Below are positions 46,901 to 60,604 of a stretch of DNA of 64,000 nt, piece after piece. Both the position numbers and the translations under genes were made by a program. The DNA is from Squalus acanthias (taxonomy: Eukaryota), in contig CM059431.1 of NCBI GenBank assembly GCA_030390025.1, positions 130,264,001 to 130,328,000 of the forward strand. Reading direction: 5' to 3'. The notes beneath the pieces were generated by a model, which saw only the letters and a list, made by a program, of their open reading frames with translations, did not search any database and was not told the origin of the DNA. The number at the start of each line of letters is the position of its first letter. Positions within the stretch are counted from its first letter, which is position 1.

Positions 46901-49900
46901 TGCATCATGCTCCTCCTGCACTATGTGGGAAATCAGGGACACTTCCTGTGTCCCTGTTGACCATGTCTGCGGGAAGTGTATCCAGCTGCAGCTACTGGCA
47001 GACCGCATTGCGGCGCTGGAGCTGCGAATGGATGCATACTGGAGCATTCGCGATGCTGAGGACATCGTGGATAGCACGTTCAGGGAGTTGGTCACACCGC
47101 AGGTAAAGGCTGCACAGGCAGGAAGGGAATGGGTGACCACCAGGCAGAGTAGTAGGCGCAGGCAGGTAGTGCAGGAGTCCCCTGTGGACATCCCCCTCTC
47201 AAACAGATATACCACTTTGGATATTGTTGAGGGAGATGGCTTATCGGGGGAAGGCAGCAGCAGCCAACTTCCTGGCACCATGGGTGGTTCTGCTGCACAG
47301 GACGGGAGGAAAAAGAGCGGGAGAGCTATAGTGATAGGGGATTCTATTGTAAGGGGAATAGATAGGCGTTTCTGCAGCCGCAAACGAGACTCCAGGTTGG
47401 TATGTTCCCTCCCTGGTGCAAGGGTCAAGGATGTCTCGGAGCGGCTGCAGGGCATTCTGGAGGGGGAGGGTGAACAGCCAGTTGTCGTGGTGCATATAGG
47501 TACCAAAGATATAGGTAAAAAAACGGGATGAGGTACTAAAAGCTGAATATAGGGAGTTAGGAGGTAAATTAAAAAATAGGACCTCAAAGGTAGTAATCTC
47601 AGGATTGCTACCGGTGCCACGTGCTAGTCAGAGTAGAAATAGAAGGATATTTCAGATGAATACATGGCTAGAGGAATGGTGCAAGGGGGAGGGATTCAAA
47701 TTCCTGGGACATTGGAACCGGTTCTGGGGGAGGTGGGACCAGTACAAACTGGATGGTTTGCACCTGGGCAGGACCGGCACCGAGGTCCAAGGGGGAGTGT
47801 TTGCTAGTGCTGTTGGGGAGGGTTTAAACTAAAATGGCAGGGGGTTAGGAACCTGTGCAGGGAAACAGAGGAAAGGGAAGCAAGGATAGAAGCAAAAGAC
47901 AGGAAGGAGAAAAGAAAAAGTGGAAGGCAGATAAATCAAGGATGTAAATCAAACAGGGCTACAGTAGATAATAATTCTAAAAGGACTAAGAGTGTTAAAA
48001 AAACAAGCCTGAAGGCTTTGTGTCTTAATGTGAGGAGCATTCGTAATAAGGTGCATGAATTAGCTATGCAAATAGATGTAAATGGATATGATATAATTGG
48101 GATTACGGAGACATGGCTCCAGGGTGACCAAGGCTGGGAATTCAACATCCAGGGGTATTCAATATTCAGAGAGGACAGACAAAAAAGAAAAGTAGGTGGG
48201 GTAGCATTGCTTGTTAAAGAGGAGATTAACACAATAGTAAGGAAGGATATTAGCTCTAATGATGTGGAATCTGTATGGGTAGAGCTGAGAAATATCAAGG
48301 AGCAGAAAACGTTAGTGGGAGTTGTATGCAGACCCCCAAACAGTAATGCTGAGGTTGGGGATGGCATTAAACGGGAAATTAGAGGCGCGTGCAATAAGGG
48401 CACAGCAGTTATCATGGGTGACTTTAATCTACATATAAATTGGGCTAACCAAATTAGTAACAATACTGTGCAGGAGGAATTCCTAGAGTGTATACGGGAT
48501 GGTTTCCTGGACCAATATGTCGAGGAACCAACTAGAGATCAGGCCATCTTAGACTGGGTATTATGTAATGAGAAAGGATTAATTAGCAATCTTGTTGTGC
48601 GAGGCCCCTTGGGGAGGAGCGATCATAATATGATAGAATTCTTCATTAAGATGGAGAGTGAAGTAGTTGACTCAGAGACTAGGGTCCTGAATTTAAATAA
48701 AGGAAACTACAATGGCATGAGTTGGCTAGGATGGATTGGGGAGCGTTACTTAAAGGGTTGACGGTGGATAGGCAATGGCAAACATTTAAAGATCGCATGG
48801 ATGAACTATAGAATTTGTTCATCCCTGTTTGGAATAAAAATAAAACAAAAAAGGTGACTCAACCGTGGCTAACAAGGGAAATTAGGGATAGCATAAGATC
48901 CAAGGAGAGGACATATAAATTGGCCAGAAAAAGCAGCAAACCTGAGGATTGGGAATAGTTTAGGATTCAGCAAAGGAGGACAAAGGGATTAATTAAGAGG
49001 GGGAAAATAGAATATGAGAGTAAGCTTTCAGGGAACATAAAACCTGACTGTAAAAGCTTCTATAGATATGTGAAGAGAAAAAGATTGGTGAAGTCAAGCG
49101 TAGGTCCCTTGCAGTCAGAATCAGGGGAATTTATAATGGGGAACAAAGAAATGGCAGACCAATTAAATACATAACATACTTTGGTTCTGTCTTCACAAAG
49201 GAGGACACAAATAAACTCCCAGAGATGTCGGGGAACATAGGGTCTAATGAGAGGGAGGAATTGAATGAAATCAGTATTTGTAGGGAAATGGTGTTAGGGA
49301 AATTGACGGGATTGAAGGCCGATAAATCCCCAGGGCCTGGTAATCTACATCCCAGGGTACTTAAGGAAGTGGCCCTAGAAATAGTAGATGCATTGCTGGT
49401 CATCTTCCAAAATTCTATAGACTCTGGAACAGTTCCCATGGATTGGAGGGTAGCTAATGTATCCCCACTATTTAAAAAAGGTGGTAGAGAAAAAACGGGG
49501 AAATATAGACCGGTAAGCCTGACATCGGTAGTGGGGAAAATGCTAGAGTCCATTATAAAAGATGTAATAGCAGAGCACTTGGAAAACAGTGACAGGATCG
49601 GACAAAGTCAACATGGATTTACAAAAGGTAAATCATGCCTGACTAATCTACTGGAATATTTTGAGGATGTAACTGGTAGAATAGATAAGGGAGAACCAGT
49701 GGATGTGATGTATTTGGACTTTCAGAAGGCTTTCGATAAGGTCCCGCATAAGAGATTAGCGTGCAAAGTTAAAGCACATGGGATTGGGGGTAAGGTACTG
49801 ATTTGGATAGAGAACTGGTTGGCAGACAGGAAGCAAAGAGTTGTAATAAACGGGTCTTTTTCCGAGTGGCAGGCAGTGACTAGTGGTGTACCGCAGGGAT

Positions 49901-52287
49901 CGGTGCTAGGACCCCAGCTATTAACAATATATATTAATGATCTAGACGAGGGAACTAGATGTAATATCTCTAAGTTTGCAGACGACACAAAGCTGGGTGG
50001 GCGTGTGTGCTGTGAGGAGGATACAGAGAAACTCCAGTATGATTTGGACAGGTTGGGTGATTGCGCAGATGCATGGCAGATGCAGTATAATGTGGATAAA
50101 TGCGAGGTTATCCACTTTGGTGGCAAAAGCAGGAAGACAGATTATTATCTGAACGGCATTAGATTTGGAAAAGGGGAAGTGCAACGAGATCTGGGAGTCC
50201 TTGTGCACCAGTCGCTGAAGGTAAGCATGCAGGTGCAGCAGGCGGTTAAGAAGGCAAATGGTATGTTGGCCTTCATAGCGAGAGGATTGAGTACAGGAGC
50301 AAGGATGTCTTGCTGCAATTGTACAAGGCCTTGGTGAGACCACACCTTGAGTATTGTGTGCAGTTTTGGTCGCCTTATCTGAGGAAGGATGTTCTTGCCA
50401 TGGAGGGAGTGCAGCGAAGATTTACCAGACTGATACCTGGGATGGCAGGAATGATGTATGAAGAGAGATTGGGTCGATTAGGCTTATATTCGCTAGAGTT
50501 TAGAAGAATGAGAGGGGATCTCATTGAAACTTATAAAATTCTAACAGGACTAGACAGACTAGATGCAGGAAGGATGTTCCCGATGGCGGGGGAGTCCAGA
50601 ACCAGAGGTCACAGTCTAAGGATAAGGGGTAAGCCATTTAGGACTGAGATGAGGAGGAATGATGGAAGCAATTATTAAAGATGTCATAACAGACCATTTG
50701 GAAAGTGGCGACATGATAGGTCCAAGTCAGCATGGATTTGTGAAAGGGAAATCATGCTTGACAAATCTTCTGGAATTTTTTGAGGATGTTTCCAATAGGG
50801 TGGACAGGGGGGAACCAGTAGATGTGGTGTATTTGGACTTTCAGAAGGCCTTCGACAAGGTCCCACACAAGAGATTGGTGAGCAAAGTTAAAGCACATGG
50901 GATTGGGGGTAATGTGTTGACGTGGATTGAGAACTGGTTGGCACACAGGAAACAAAGAGTAGGAGTAAATGGGTACTTTTCAGAATGGCAGGCAGTGACC
51001 AGCGGGGTACCGCAGGGTTCGGTGCTGGGACCCCAGCTGTTTACATTATATATTAATGATTTGGACGAAGGGATTAAATGTAATATCTCCAAATTTGCGG
51101 ATGACACTAAATTGGGAGGCAGTGTGAACAATGAGGAGGATGCTAGGAGGCTACAGAGTGACTTGGACAGGTTGGGTGAATGGGCAAATGTATGGCAGAT
51201 GAAGTACAATGTGGATAAATGTGAGGTTATCCACTTTGGTGGTAAAAATAGAGAGGCGGACTATTACCTGAATGGTGGCAGATTAGGGAAAGGGGACGTG
51301 CAACGAGACCTGGGCGTCATGGTACATCAGTCACTGAAGGTGGGAATGCAAGTGCAGCAGGCAGTCAAGAAAGCAAACGGAATGATGGCCTTCATAGCAA
51401 GGGGATTTGAGTACAGGAGTAGGGAGGTGATGCTACAGTTGTACAGGGCCTTGGTGAGGCCACACCTGGAGTATTGTGCGCAGTTTTGGTCTCCTAACTT
51501 AAGGAAGGACATTCTTGCTATTGAGGGAGTGCAGCGAAGGTTCACTAGATTGATTCCTGGGATGGCCGGACTGACATATCAAGAAAGATTGGGTCAACTG
51601 AACTTGTATCCTCTGGAGTTCAGAAGAATGAGGGGGGATCTTATAGAGACATTTAAAATCCTGACTGGTTTAGACAAATTAGATGCGGGCAGAATGTTCC
51701 CAATGGTAGGGAAAACTAGAACCAGGGGTCACAGTCTAAGGATTAAGGGGAAGCCATTTAGGACTGAGCTGAGGAGGAACTTCTTCACCCAGAGAGTGGT
51801 GAATCTATGGAATTCTCTTCCACAGAAGGTTGTTGAGGCCAGTTCGCTAAATATATTCAAAAGGGAGTTAGATATAACACTCACAACTAAGGGGATCAAG
51901 GGGTATGGCGAGAAAGCAGGAATGGGGTACTGAGGTAGCATGTTCAGCCATGAACGCATTGAATGGCGGTGCAGGCTCGAAGGACCGAATGGTCTACTCC
52001 TGTACCTATTTTCTATGTTTCTATGTTTCTATGAATTTCTTCACCCAGAGAGTGGTGAACCTGTGGAATTCTCTACCACAGAAGGCAGTTGAGGCCAATT
52101 CATTAAATATATTCAAGAAGGAGATAGAGATATTTCTTAAGGCTAAAGGGATCAAGGGATATGGGGAGAAAGCAGGGACAGGGTACTGAATTTGGATGAT
52201 CAGCCATGATCTCATTAAATGGCGGAGCAGGCTCGAGGGGCCGAATGGCCTACTCCTGCTCCTATCTTCTATGCTTCTATGCTTCTA
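46901..52287 (+). mobile_element. Near full-length CR1 (ORF1 + ORF2, 5' UTR missing), decayed, with a nested CR1 at 50661-52032
   Basis: ORF1 ~46905-47832 (frameshift ~47520). EN at 48018-48761 (NVRS, ITETW, GDFN, SDH). RT at 49225-50660. 3' end resumes at 52033. Confidence 0.95.
50661..52032 (+). mobile_element. Young 5'-truncated CR1 with an uninterrupted 424-codon RT/C-terminal frame
   Basis: ORF 50659-51933, (TTCTATGT)n tail and 4-bp TSD gaat (50657-50660, 52033-52036). Confidence 0.95.
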
Positions 52288-55200
52288 TATACGATGTAAA
52301 ACTCAGTCTCAATTGAATTGGAGCCATGAAAGTTATAAACTGCATAATAATATGTTGAACCTGCCTGTGTATATGATATATATATGTGAAAATATAGTCA
52401 ACAATGTGTCCCTTGGTATGATCATGCTGGAAGAAACTGTTGAAACTACAAACTACAAAAATGAATTACCAAAATGGTTCGTTAATATCATTTTAATTAA
52501 ACCACATTTAGAGAGAGAGAGAGAGATTAAAGGAGTGTCAGTGTTGTCGGGAAGTTGTCTGGCATGCTCAGTTCATATCAATGCAAGAGATGCCAGATTG
52601 GCTGTTTGGGAAAATGTAAGTTGCAGCAGATACAATATTTACTACAGAGTGTACTATCACAATGCAGTTTCACGTCTCACATATTACATCATAATTTAAA
52701 AGAAAATGTTCTCGTGATTTTGTTTTTCAACCAAGAATATCGATACTTTTTTTTAAATGGAGTACGGTTTTTGATTTAGCTGAAAAATTATATTGCATTT
52801 TCAGGAAAGTTTGTTGTTTAATCATTATAAAGCCTATTAACCATAACAGGAACACTCACCTTGAATAATTTTTTTAAATGTGCACAATCTAAACCAGTTA
52901 ATGCGTATAGAATGCAAAAGCTAAAATACAATTGAATGTATTTTTGCTAAGTACAAGATATTGATTGCCTGAAGCCTTGCTTTACTTAGATTTCTCAGTA
53001 CCTTTGGATTAATCCCAGAAAATTGTAATTATTAATGTACTACCAATTGATTATTGGTGCCAACTGCCAAGGTTTTTTTTAAAAGAGTGTTGCAGTTTTT
53101 TTTGCATTTCACCATGTCGAAAATTAATTAACAAGACAAGACCATTAGCTGTTTTCACAGCATATTTATTCAGATAGAGCTGCTGTACTTTAATTCTTAA
53201 TTCTGGATTCTTTTATTAGATGTGATCTTTTATTCATGATGGTAACATTTCAGGAATCATTGATTTTATTTCTGTGCAGAGTAGGATGAAGTACAGAGCC
53301 TTCAGAGATAACTATTTATGTAAAATAATGTCCAGAATTTTTAACAACTAATCAATTTCGAACATTAATTCAGGCGTACCGTAATTTACCATTTCAGATG
53401 TTTTCTTAATGTACATACATTTATTTTTGAGAAAAATGCGTGGGAATACTGAGTGCATTAGGTGATTTGAGTTCACTTTTTATGCAAGAGAAGTAGAAGC
53501 CTTGTTCTCACCAATCTACTTGTTGCAGACATGCCTATTCACAACAGAATTGAAAGAAGTGTTAGTAGTGAAATAGGACAAATACTGTCAATAGATTTTG
53601 TGTTATTGGACTATGATTTCTTTACTTTAAACAGAAATAAGCAATGATTTTTTCCCAATCTATCAATTGCACCATTGTGAAAGTCATAACTGCAACCTTC
53701 ATACTGACCTTGATCATACTGCTGCATGAATTGTGCCTTTATTCAGGCTTCTGTGGAGTGCAGTTTGTGCTACCATTATGATTAAGGTTTGTCATCCAGT
53801 GCCAAAAATGTAAGGTGTTACTTTTATGTGGGTGCAATCAATACATTGGATTTTACAATACTAATGTAAAAAAAAAATATCAGTAGGACAGGCTGCATGT
53901 GCACCACTTCTGTGAGATGACTTTTCCTCAGATCTCCCCCCCCCCCCCCTCAACCACCACTTACAGGCTGCTCACCACATCACATCCTTCTGCAACTAGG
54001 AGGGTGAGCCAAATTTCTGCATGGCATTCATCAGTGCTGCCATCAAGTGATCCGCCAACTGGAAGAATTAATTCATAGCTTTTCTTAACTTGTCCTCCTC
54101 CCTTCCCCTGCTCCATCACCCCAGATAGAAAAACCTGCCTTCATCGAGCTGCATAACCAAAACATGATTCCGCACACCCAGCTGAGGCAAGTGAACTGAA
54201 CTCGAGCTGGCAAGAATGTTCTTAAAATAATTGAGCAACCAGACCTGCACAACATTTCCTTTCCTTTTTTCTAATATAGCAGAACTTGGTCATATTATGT
54301 AGGTTAAACTGTCGAAACCCGAATAATCTGTTGGTATAATTAGCAAGTCTACCAGGTAGAACATTTAGTTCATATTTAAAAGATTATTTTTTCTCTACCA
54401 ATTTTCCATCCTCTCCTCCTCTTGTGAAGGCATTGTGTCCTTGCTTGAGGGATGGTTTAACATGCACTGGGTGTCCTCTGGTAGCCTGACCAAATGATGT
54501 TATTCATGTTTCTTCAAACACCCAGTAACTGCTATCACTCCTTCTATGGCTAATGGAACTGATGCAATAATTGCAAAAAAGAAAAATTATATCAGTAGAA
54601 ATCCTGACAATGTGCAATTATTTTACAACAGTGTGTGTGTGTGTGCGCTTAGTTTTATTGTTACTATTTAATTTATATTACAGTATTTTATGTTAGACAC
54701 ATGACTATATAACACAGTACTACAGTATACTGCACTTCTGAATAAGTAGGTGCCAGAATTAGAACTAAAAGCTGCATGACAAGGCATGGCTAAATTACAT
54801 TGCATAACAATGTTTAACAAAAACATAGGAGATGAAACTCCTTTTTTAATGAAAACTGGGAGAATACCCAATTTCTCAATAATTAATGACCAGCTAATGA
54901 AATTAGATTCACAGAAATTGTATGTTTCAAAGCCACATGTCCCCATGCTTTCATTTGTGGACCATCGTTGTGACAGATCAAAAGAAGTATTTGCCCATTT
55001 TTCATTGAAAAGGAATTTCACCTCCTAAAGTAAGGTTATAAAGCTGTTAGGAGCTGGATAACATCATAAATCATAACAACGAAGCTTGAACTATGTACAC
55101 AGTCCTTCAAATCCTAACTGCGTGTTACATCTTTGAACGGATTTCTATGTATATGTTTTAATTTTTGTTACTTTACCCAAGTTTTAGCACTGGTGTTTTT

Positions 55201-56454
55201 GGATCACCGTAATACCATCTCTGACTTATTTTGCCAAAAAGGCTTAAAATTACCTTCAAACACTCAAGTGGTTCTGTGGCTGGTATCACAAAGAGCTTTT
55301 TGTTTAGAACTTTTAAAGAATATTTTATTAAGTTGTGTAATCGACTACTTTTTTTGAAATTTCCCTTGGTGCTAGGAGGCATTGCTGCCATACTTACTCC
55401 TTCAGTAAAATAGTGATATTATGTCCACTTGGCTCACCTTCCAAATTATCTAAATGTCGTAAAAATAGTGATTTTTCATCATTGTTGAAAATATGTTGTG
55501 CAAGCTGACTTCTCAAAGCCTTTTTTGCTTATGTGATGTAGGAGTTCACCCTTGTTATATTAAGGTTGGGGTCCATCACAGGTAATCAATATGTGGTAAT
55601 TACCTGTGTTTATGACTTGTTGATTTGTGTTGTGTCAGGTTCAAATTCACATTAATCTTACACTCCCTGCGAAATATGTTCAGGTTGAGAAGCCATATCT
55701 ATAGTTGCATTTTCAATTAGGGACGTGCAGTTTCTAATGTTGATGACTCAAAAAAAACTGTAGTAACTATTAGCTGTCTGAGGAGGGAACTGTTTGCAGA
55801 TGTTAAGCAGCTTTAAAAGGATTTCTGAAGACTACAGTTTGGTGCTATACTCTCATTTGTAAATATACCTCAATTGTACATGTGCACAGTTTCTATAATA
55901 TATAATTTAAAAAACTGCAGAGTCACAGAAATTGACTGCTTAATAGCTGCGAGTTGATACTAAATATACGACTGTAATATGAAACGTTTCATGATCTTTG
56001 TGTTTTAGATCAATATATTGAAAATCTTGCATCTGCATGCACTTCCTGTCAGCTTTTCCATTTTCAATTTCTGTAGCTACATTTATCATGGAATCTACCT
56101 TTGTAAGCTTTTCATTCTGTAGTTACTGCCTTCCCCAGTGGATGTGCTGCAATGCTACTACTAGTTGGAGGGTGTAATTACAGCATGACAAGTTTACATA
56201 GGTAATTTCCATTATAAATGTAGGAATTTATACTGGAAATATATAAAATTAAAGATAGAATGTGTGACTTTAAAAATGGGACGGAATTCCGTCTCTTCAC
56301 CCTGGTCCAATTATCCCTGCAGCTCGAATCGCGCTTCACCTGACGCCTTCTTGCTCTTGATTCCCCGGGGATAATTTTAACTTTTAACACAGAGTGATAA
56401 GGTAGCGATAGTGAATCAACAGCCCATTTTACACCCCTCCCGATTTTGATTTCA

Positions 56455-56700
56455 ATCCAATTTAATGTGGATAAGTGTGGGGTAAAACATTTTGGGAGAA
56501 AAAAAAACAAGGAATGAGAAGATACAATTAATGGAAAGATACTGAAGGGTGTGGATGAACAGCGAGATACAGGGGTTAAAATTCACAATTCCCTGAAGGT
56601 ACACGCTTAAGGCAAGTTCAGAAGATATAGCACTGCCACTGTTAATATGATAGAGATGGCCACAAACTCAAGAACTAGAGACATGGGCTCAAGAAGAGAG
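56455..56700 (+). mobile_element. Very old CR1 fragments (resuming near 59925-59960)
   Basis: QFNVDKCGVKHFG..EQRD.GV.IH.SLK motif. FKGELDRYL appears after the Harbinger insertion. Confidence 0.6.
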
Positions 56701-57005
56701 AAGGTGCACAGGTAGCTTCATGCTGATGGTGGTAAACATGGCCGGAATTTTCACATTGCAGAGCGTGAGGGTTAGGAAGGGTCGGTGGTTAAAAGCGCTG
56801 AAATTGACAGCGCGTCGGGAACCCGCCGACTTATGCATTTAACTGGGGCGCATTTTGAAGCGTACCACATATCTGCTCGGGAGAGGCGGGCGACCTGATC
56901 GAGGTAGTTAGCTGCTCATTTAGAGACCCTTAGCAGCCTTTTTAACATGCGGTTTCAACTTTAACTGGTTGCGTGTGCACGGGATTCACGGACCTCGGGA
57001 AGCTC

Positions 57006-57382
57006 GCCTGGCTGCTTGGAGACAAGGGCTATCCACTGAAGATGTGGCTGATGACACCCTTGAGGAGGCCAAGCAATGAGGCTGAGGAGTGATATAATGA
57101 AAGCCACATGTCCACCGGATGTGTCATAGAGCAAGCAACCGGCATGTTGAAGATGCGCTTCACATGCCTTGACAGATACACAACATAGCATAGCAGCGAG
57201 GACTGGAGCTGCAGGAGGAGCAAGGCGCAGAGCACACAGCCTCTTCGGAGGAGGAGGAGGAGGAGGAGGAACAGGTGAAACATGAGGAGGAGGAGGAACC
57301 TGAGGTGGAGATGGCACCAGCAGCAGCACACACTGCTGCCCAAGAGGCCCGGGATGACCTCATAATGGCCCAATTTACTTAA
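57006..57382 (+). pseudogene. HARBI1-like transposase C-terminal remnant
   Basis: [43 protein letters not shown] followed by an acidic tail. Confidence 0.85.
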
Positions 57383-57704
57383 ATTGCAGCAGTGCACCCA
57401 TATGGCTCCCAGATACTGTACCAACTCCCCCCCGCAGCCCCCCCCCCCACCCCACCCAGCCACCACCCCCTCCCCCAGCCACCAACACCACAAACCAATC
57501 CATTTTTGTCAAACAAACACCGATTGCTCACGGTTAAGTAATGTCTCACCATTCACTCCAACTGACAAGGCCACTTCCCAGGTAGCAGGCAAAACTGGAC
57601 AAAACCAGAAAGTAGTGCAAAGAACTAAATTTATGTGCATCATAAATATAACTGAAACTTAACACTAACATTTGGCAAACACCCATGTGCGTACCCTTGT
57701 ACAT

Positions 57705-59586
57705 CTATGATTGTGTCTTTTTTCTTTTCCGAGTGCTCCTACGTGGTGCAACCCCTATGTCTTTAGCAGAGGTAGAGGCAGGCTGCTCTCTTCCCTGCTG
57801 GGACTGCTTTGACATTTTTGCCGGACGTCTTCTGGGTTTTAGGGCCTGTGAGGGCCCCGCCAAAGACTGCTTCTCCTGCAACTGTGCAGTGGCAGACTCG
57901 GCCATCGGGATCCGAGGCAGCATGTGGGGCTCTGACTGAGGGGGTGGCAATGGGGTAGAAGTGGGGCACTTTGAGCAGAGCTCCCACTTCCATGTGCACT
58001 CTCACCATCATCCCTCTCATGGGCCACCCGCACTTCCCTGCTAACAAGGAGCTGGAGGGCATCTTGCTGCACATCAGTGGGGCGATGAACGCCCATGTCT
58101 ATGTTGGTATCCTTCCTAGAGATGAGGTCACCTTCCTAGAGATGAGGTCAATGAGAGTCTTCAACCTGTTGTTCACAGAAAGCATGTTCTCGTTCGACTT
58201 GCGCATTAGCTGCTCCATGTAGGTGGCCATCCTTTCCATGGAACAGCACATCATCACCATCGCCTGCGATATGGTGATGCTCATGTTGGAGATGGACTCC
58301 TCCATTCTCTGGACAATCGCGCACATCGCAGCTGGAAAAGCTGCTGGAGCCTCACGCATTTGATCCAAGATCCAAGATCAACCTCTTTGTCGATGGCCCC
58401 TGAGATTCAGCATCTGCATCCAGTTGAGCAGAGCTTGGAGCGTCCTGCACCCTCTGGCGAGGAGTCTTCACTGCTGTCCCTGACTCCACCATCTGCTCTT
58501 GCTCACTTGTGATGTGTGAGACACCAGGCGGCAGAGCTACTCTATGTCCCGCTGAACCTACCGATGTGCGTGTATATGCACTGGTGCTGGGTGCACATGG
58601 GTCTGCTGACGGTGCACCCTCAGAGAATGGAGCTTCCTTGAGGAGTCACCTTCCTCCGCCGGCTGGACAGTTGGGGTGCGGGGGGCGTCATTTGATGGAC
58701 CTGTGGGAGAGTAAAGCTATGAATTAGACCTCTTATGATAAGACTATGTAACATTACTATTATGCGCATGATAATATTTTACTGGCTACTGACATCAAGT
58801 CACTATGAGTGCCATGTGGGATATTTAATTTTGTCACCAGGTTGCTGGGAGATCTCCCTCTCCATCTCCCACCGCCAGCAGCTCTGCCACTCTACTTATT
58901 TTGAGTGCATCCTCCTCTGCTGGTGTCCAGTTAGTGTATATTAGAGGGTCACCTTCAGTTCTCTCTCTTTCTCTCCTGTTCTGCACTCTCTTCTCCTGCA
59001 AGGAGGGAAAGAAGAAAACTTTGAGTGAGAGTGATGGAATGAGTGTAAGGGATGGATGGGCTACATCTGTAGAGGGTGACTATGAGGGAGTAGGGAGACT
59101 AAGAGGGAGTGGTGTGACATTGCCAAATGGCCTCCTTCTGTGACGTTACTTTATAGGATTGCATTCGGATGAGGATGAGCGTCAGTGGTGGTTAGTCAGA
59201 TGGTGATGTGAGTAGGTGCATAGTCAGTGAGGGATGGATGCACCTGCTAGGTAGGTTGGTGTGAGGAGTGACGTGCAGGAGTAGGCTTGGGAAGGCAGAG
59301 TGATGGGGTTGGGGTGACACGCACATCAGGATGTAGAGTGTGGCATTGTACTCGACCTCATGAGATCATTAAATTTCTTGTGGCACTGTATCCAGGAGCG
59401 ACTGACGACATCCCTGCTGCTCACTTCCTGTGCGATCTCCAGCCATGCCCTCTTGGTTTCTCTGGCTGCTCTTTTCCTGCCGGTGCCAGGGAATAGGACC
59501 TCCCTGGGTGCTCTGACACCCTGGACCAGGACTTCCAGGGAGGCATCTGAGAACCTGGACGCAGCCTTCTGTCACTGTGACTCCAT
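57705..59586 (-). pseudogene. Harbinger Myb/SANT-like gene, 3 exons (59586-~59355, 58995-58838, 58700-57705)
   Basis: KAASRFSDASLEVLV..REVLF..AWLEIAQEVSS..QCHKKFNDL. Acceptors tccttgcag| and cccacag|. Collinear with 16658-18515. Confidence 0.85.
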
Positions 59587-60604
59587 GTTTGCTTGCACCC
59601 ACACAAATCTCTGCGATATAGACCAATAGCCACCTCTCCCAACCACCTTTATGCCTCCTCCAACAACCTTAAACTGGGATGTGTGCAAGGCTCCTTTAAA
59701 TATCTGAGCTGAAAGCGAGTCATCGGTGACGTCATCAGACCCGCTCCATTTAATTGGCCGGGAAACCCACATGACTGTTTCAATTGATGTAATTGAGTTA
59801 AAAGCGGAGTGCAGAACGTGCTGTTGAAAACTTCAGGATGGCGACCCACTACGCGGCCCGCCCCGACTCTAAGGCAAAGATTCCGGCCCATGTGTACTAC
59901 ACAAGGAGGGAAAAGATGGGGAAAAATTTAAAGGAGAATTAGATAGATATTTGAGGGAGTGGATAATTGAGAAGACTAGCATCCATGGTTCTCATTCTTT
60001 TTTTATTACTCTTCTGTGTAACACTTTGGGATGTTTTTCTACATGAAAGACACAATATAAATGCAAGTTATTGTTATTAATACACATTCTTCTATTGGTT
60101 AGCAGCTTTATTATAACAAAGCTATTATTACTATTTTGTTGTCTTTTGTAAAGTTTTATGAATGTACTTTAACTTTAACGGATCATATTTTTGATATTTA
60201 TCCTCTTAATTTTTTTTTTCATTTCACTCTTTGATTCAGTTATTTAATTTATATAGCAGTTTTTCTTTATCATTTGTTGAATTCCACATACATTGAATAC
60301 ACCATCATTCAAACAGGAGCAAAACACTGGGATGATATTCTATTAAAGAGTACGACTCCAGGTGTGTGTACAGAGGCCTCAGTTTTGAATATAGCATAGC
60401 CCTTTTTCTATTGTCATTGTCACCAGACTTCACTATTGTTGAATCTGGAAAAATTAATGAAGGAAGGAGGCCAGATAAACATAAGGAATCAGAAGGGGCA
60501 AGTAGAGATGTTAGAAATAGATGATGTAAATATACAAAGAAAAAAAATAGCATGCAAAAGGAATAAAGAGTGTAGAGGAGGAAAAACAAATTAACCAGAT
60601 GCTG

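Larger units (their letters stand above)
56740..59888. mobile_element. PIF/Harbinger transposon D (relative of C, inverted, transposase mostly deleted)
   Basis: CAT|ggccggaatt...attccggcc|CAT. Myb-like gene on minus, HARBI1 remnant on plus. Confidence 0.9.

Noticed and set aside
46602..47531. 309-aa host-CR1 ORF1 fusion protein
   Set aside because: The first ~100 codons are AT-rich flank that happens to be open in frame, and ORF1 itself is frameshifted at ~47520.
52196..52699. 167-aa ORF
   Set aside because: It starts in a CR1 3' UTR and runs into AT-rich, microsatellite-containing flank with no recognisable motif.
54668..55413. Cluster of 60-117 aa ORFs on both strands
   Set aside because: No recognisable domains, no convincing splice sites, and lengths compatible with chance.
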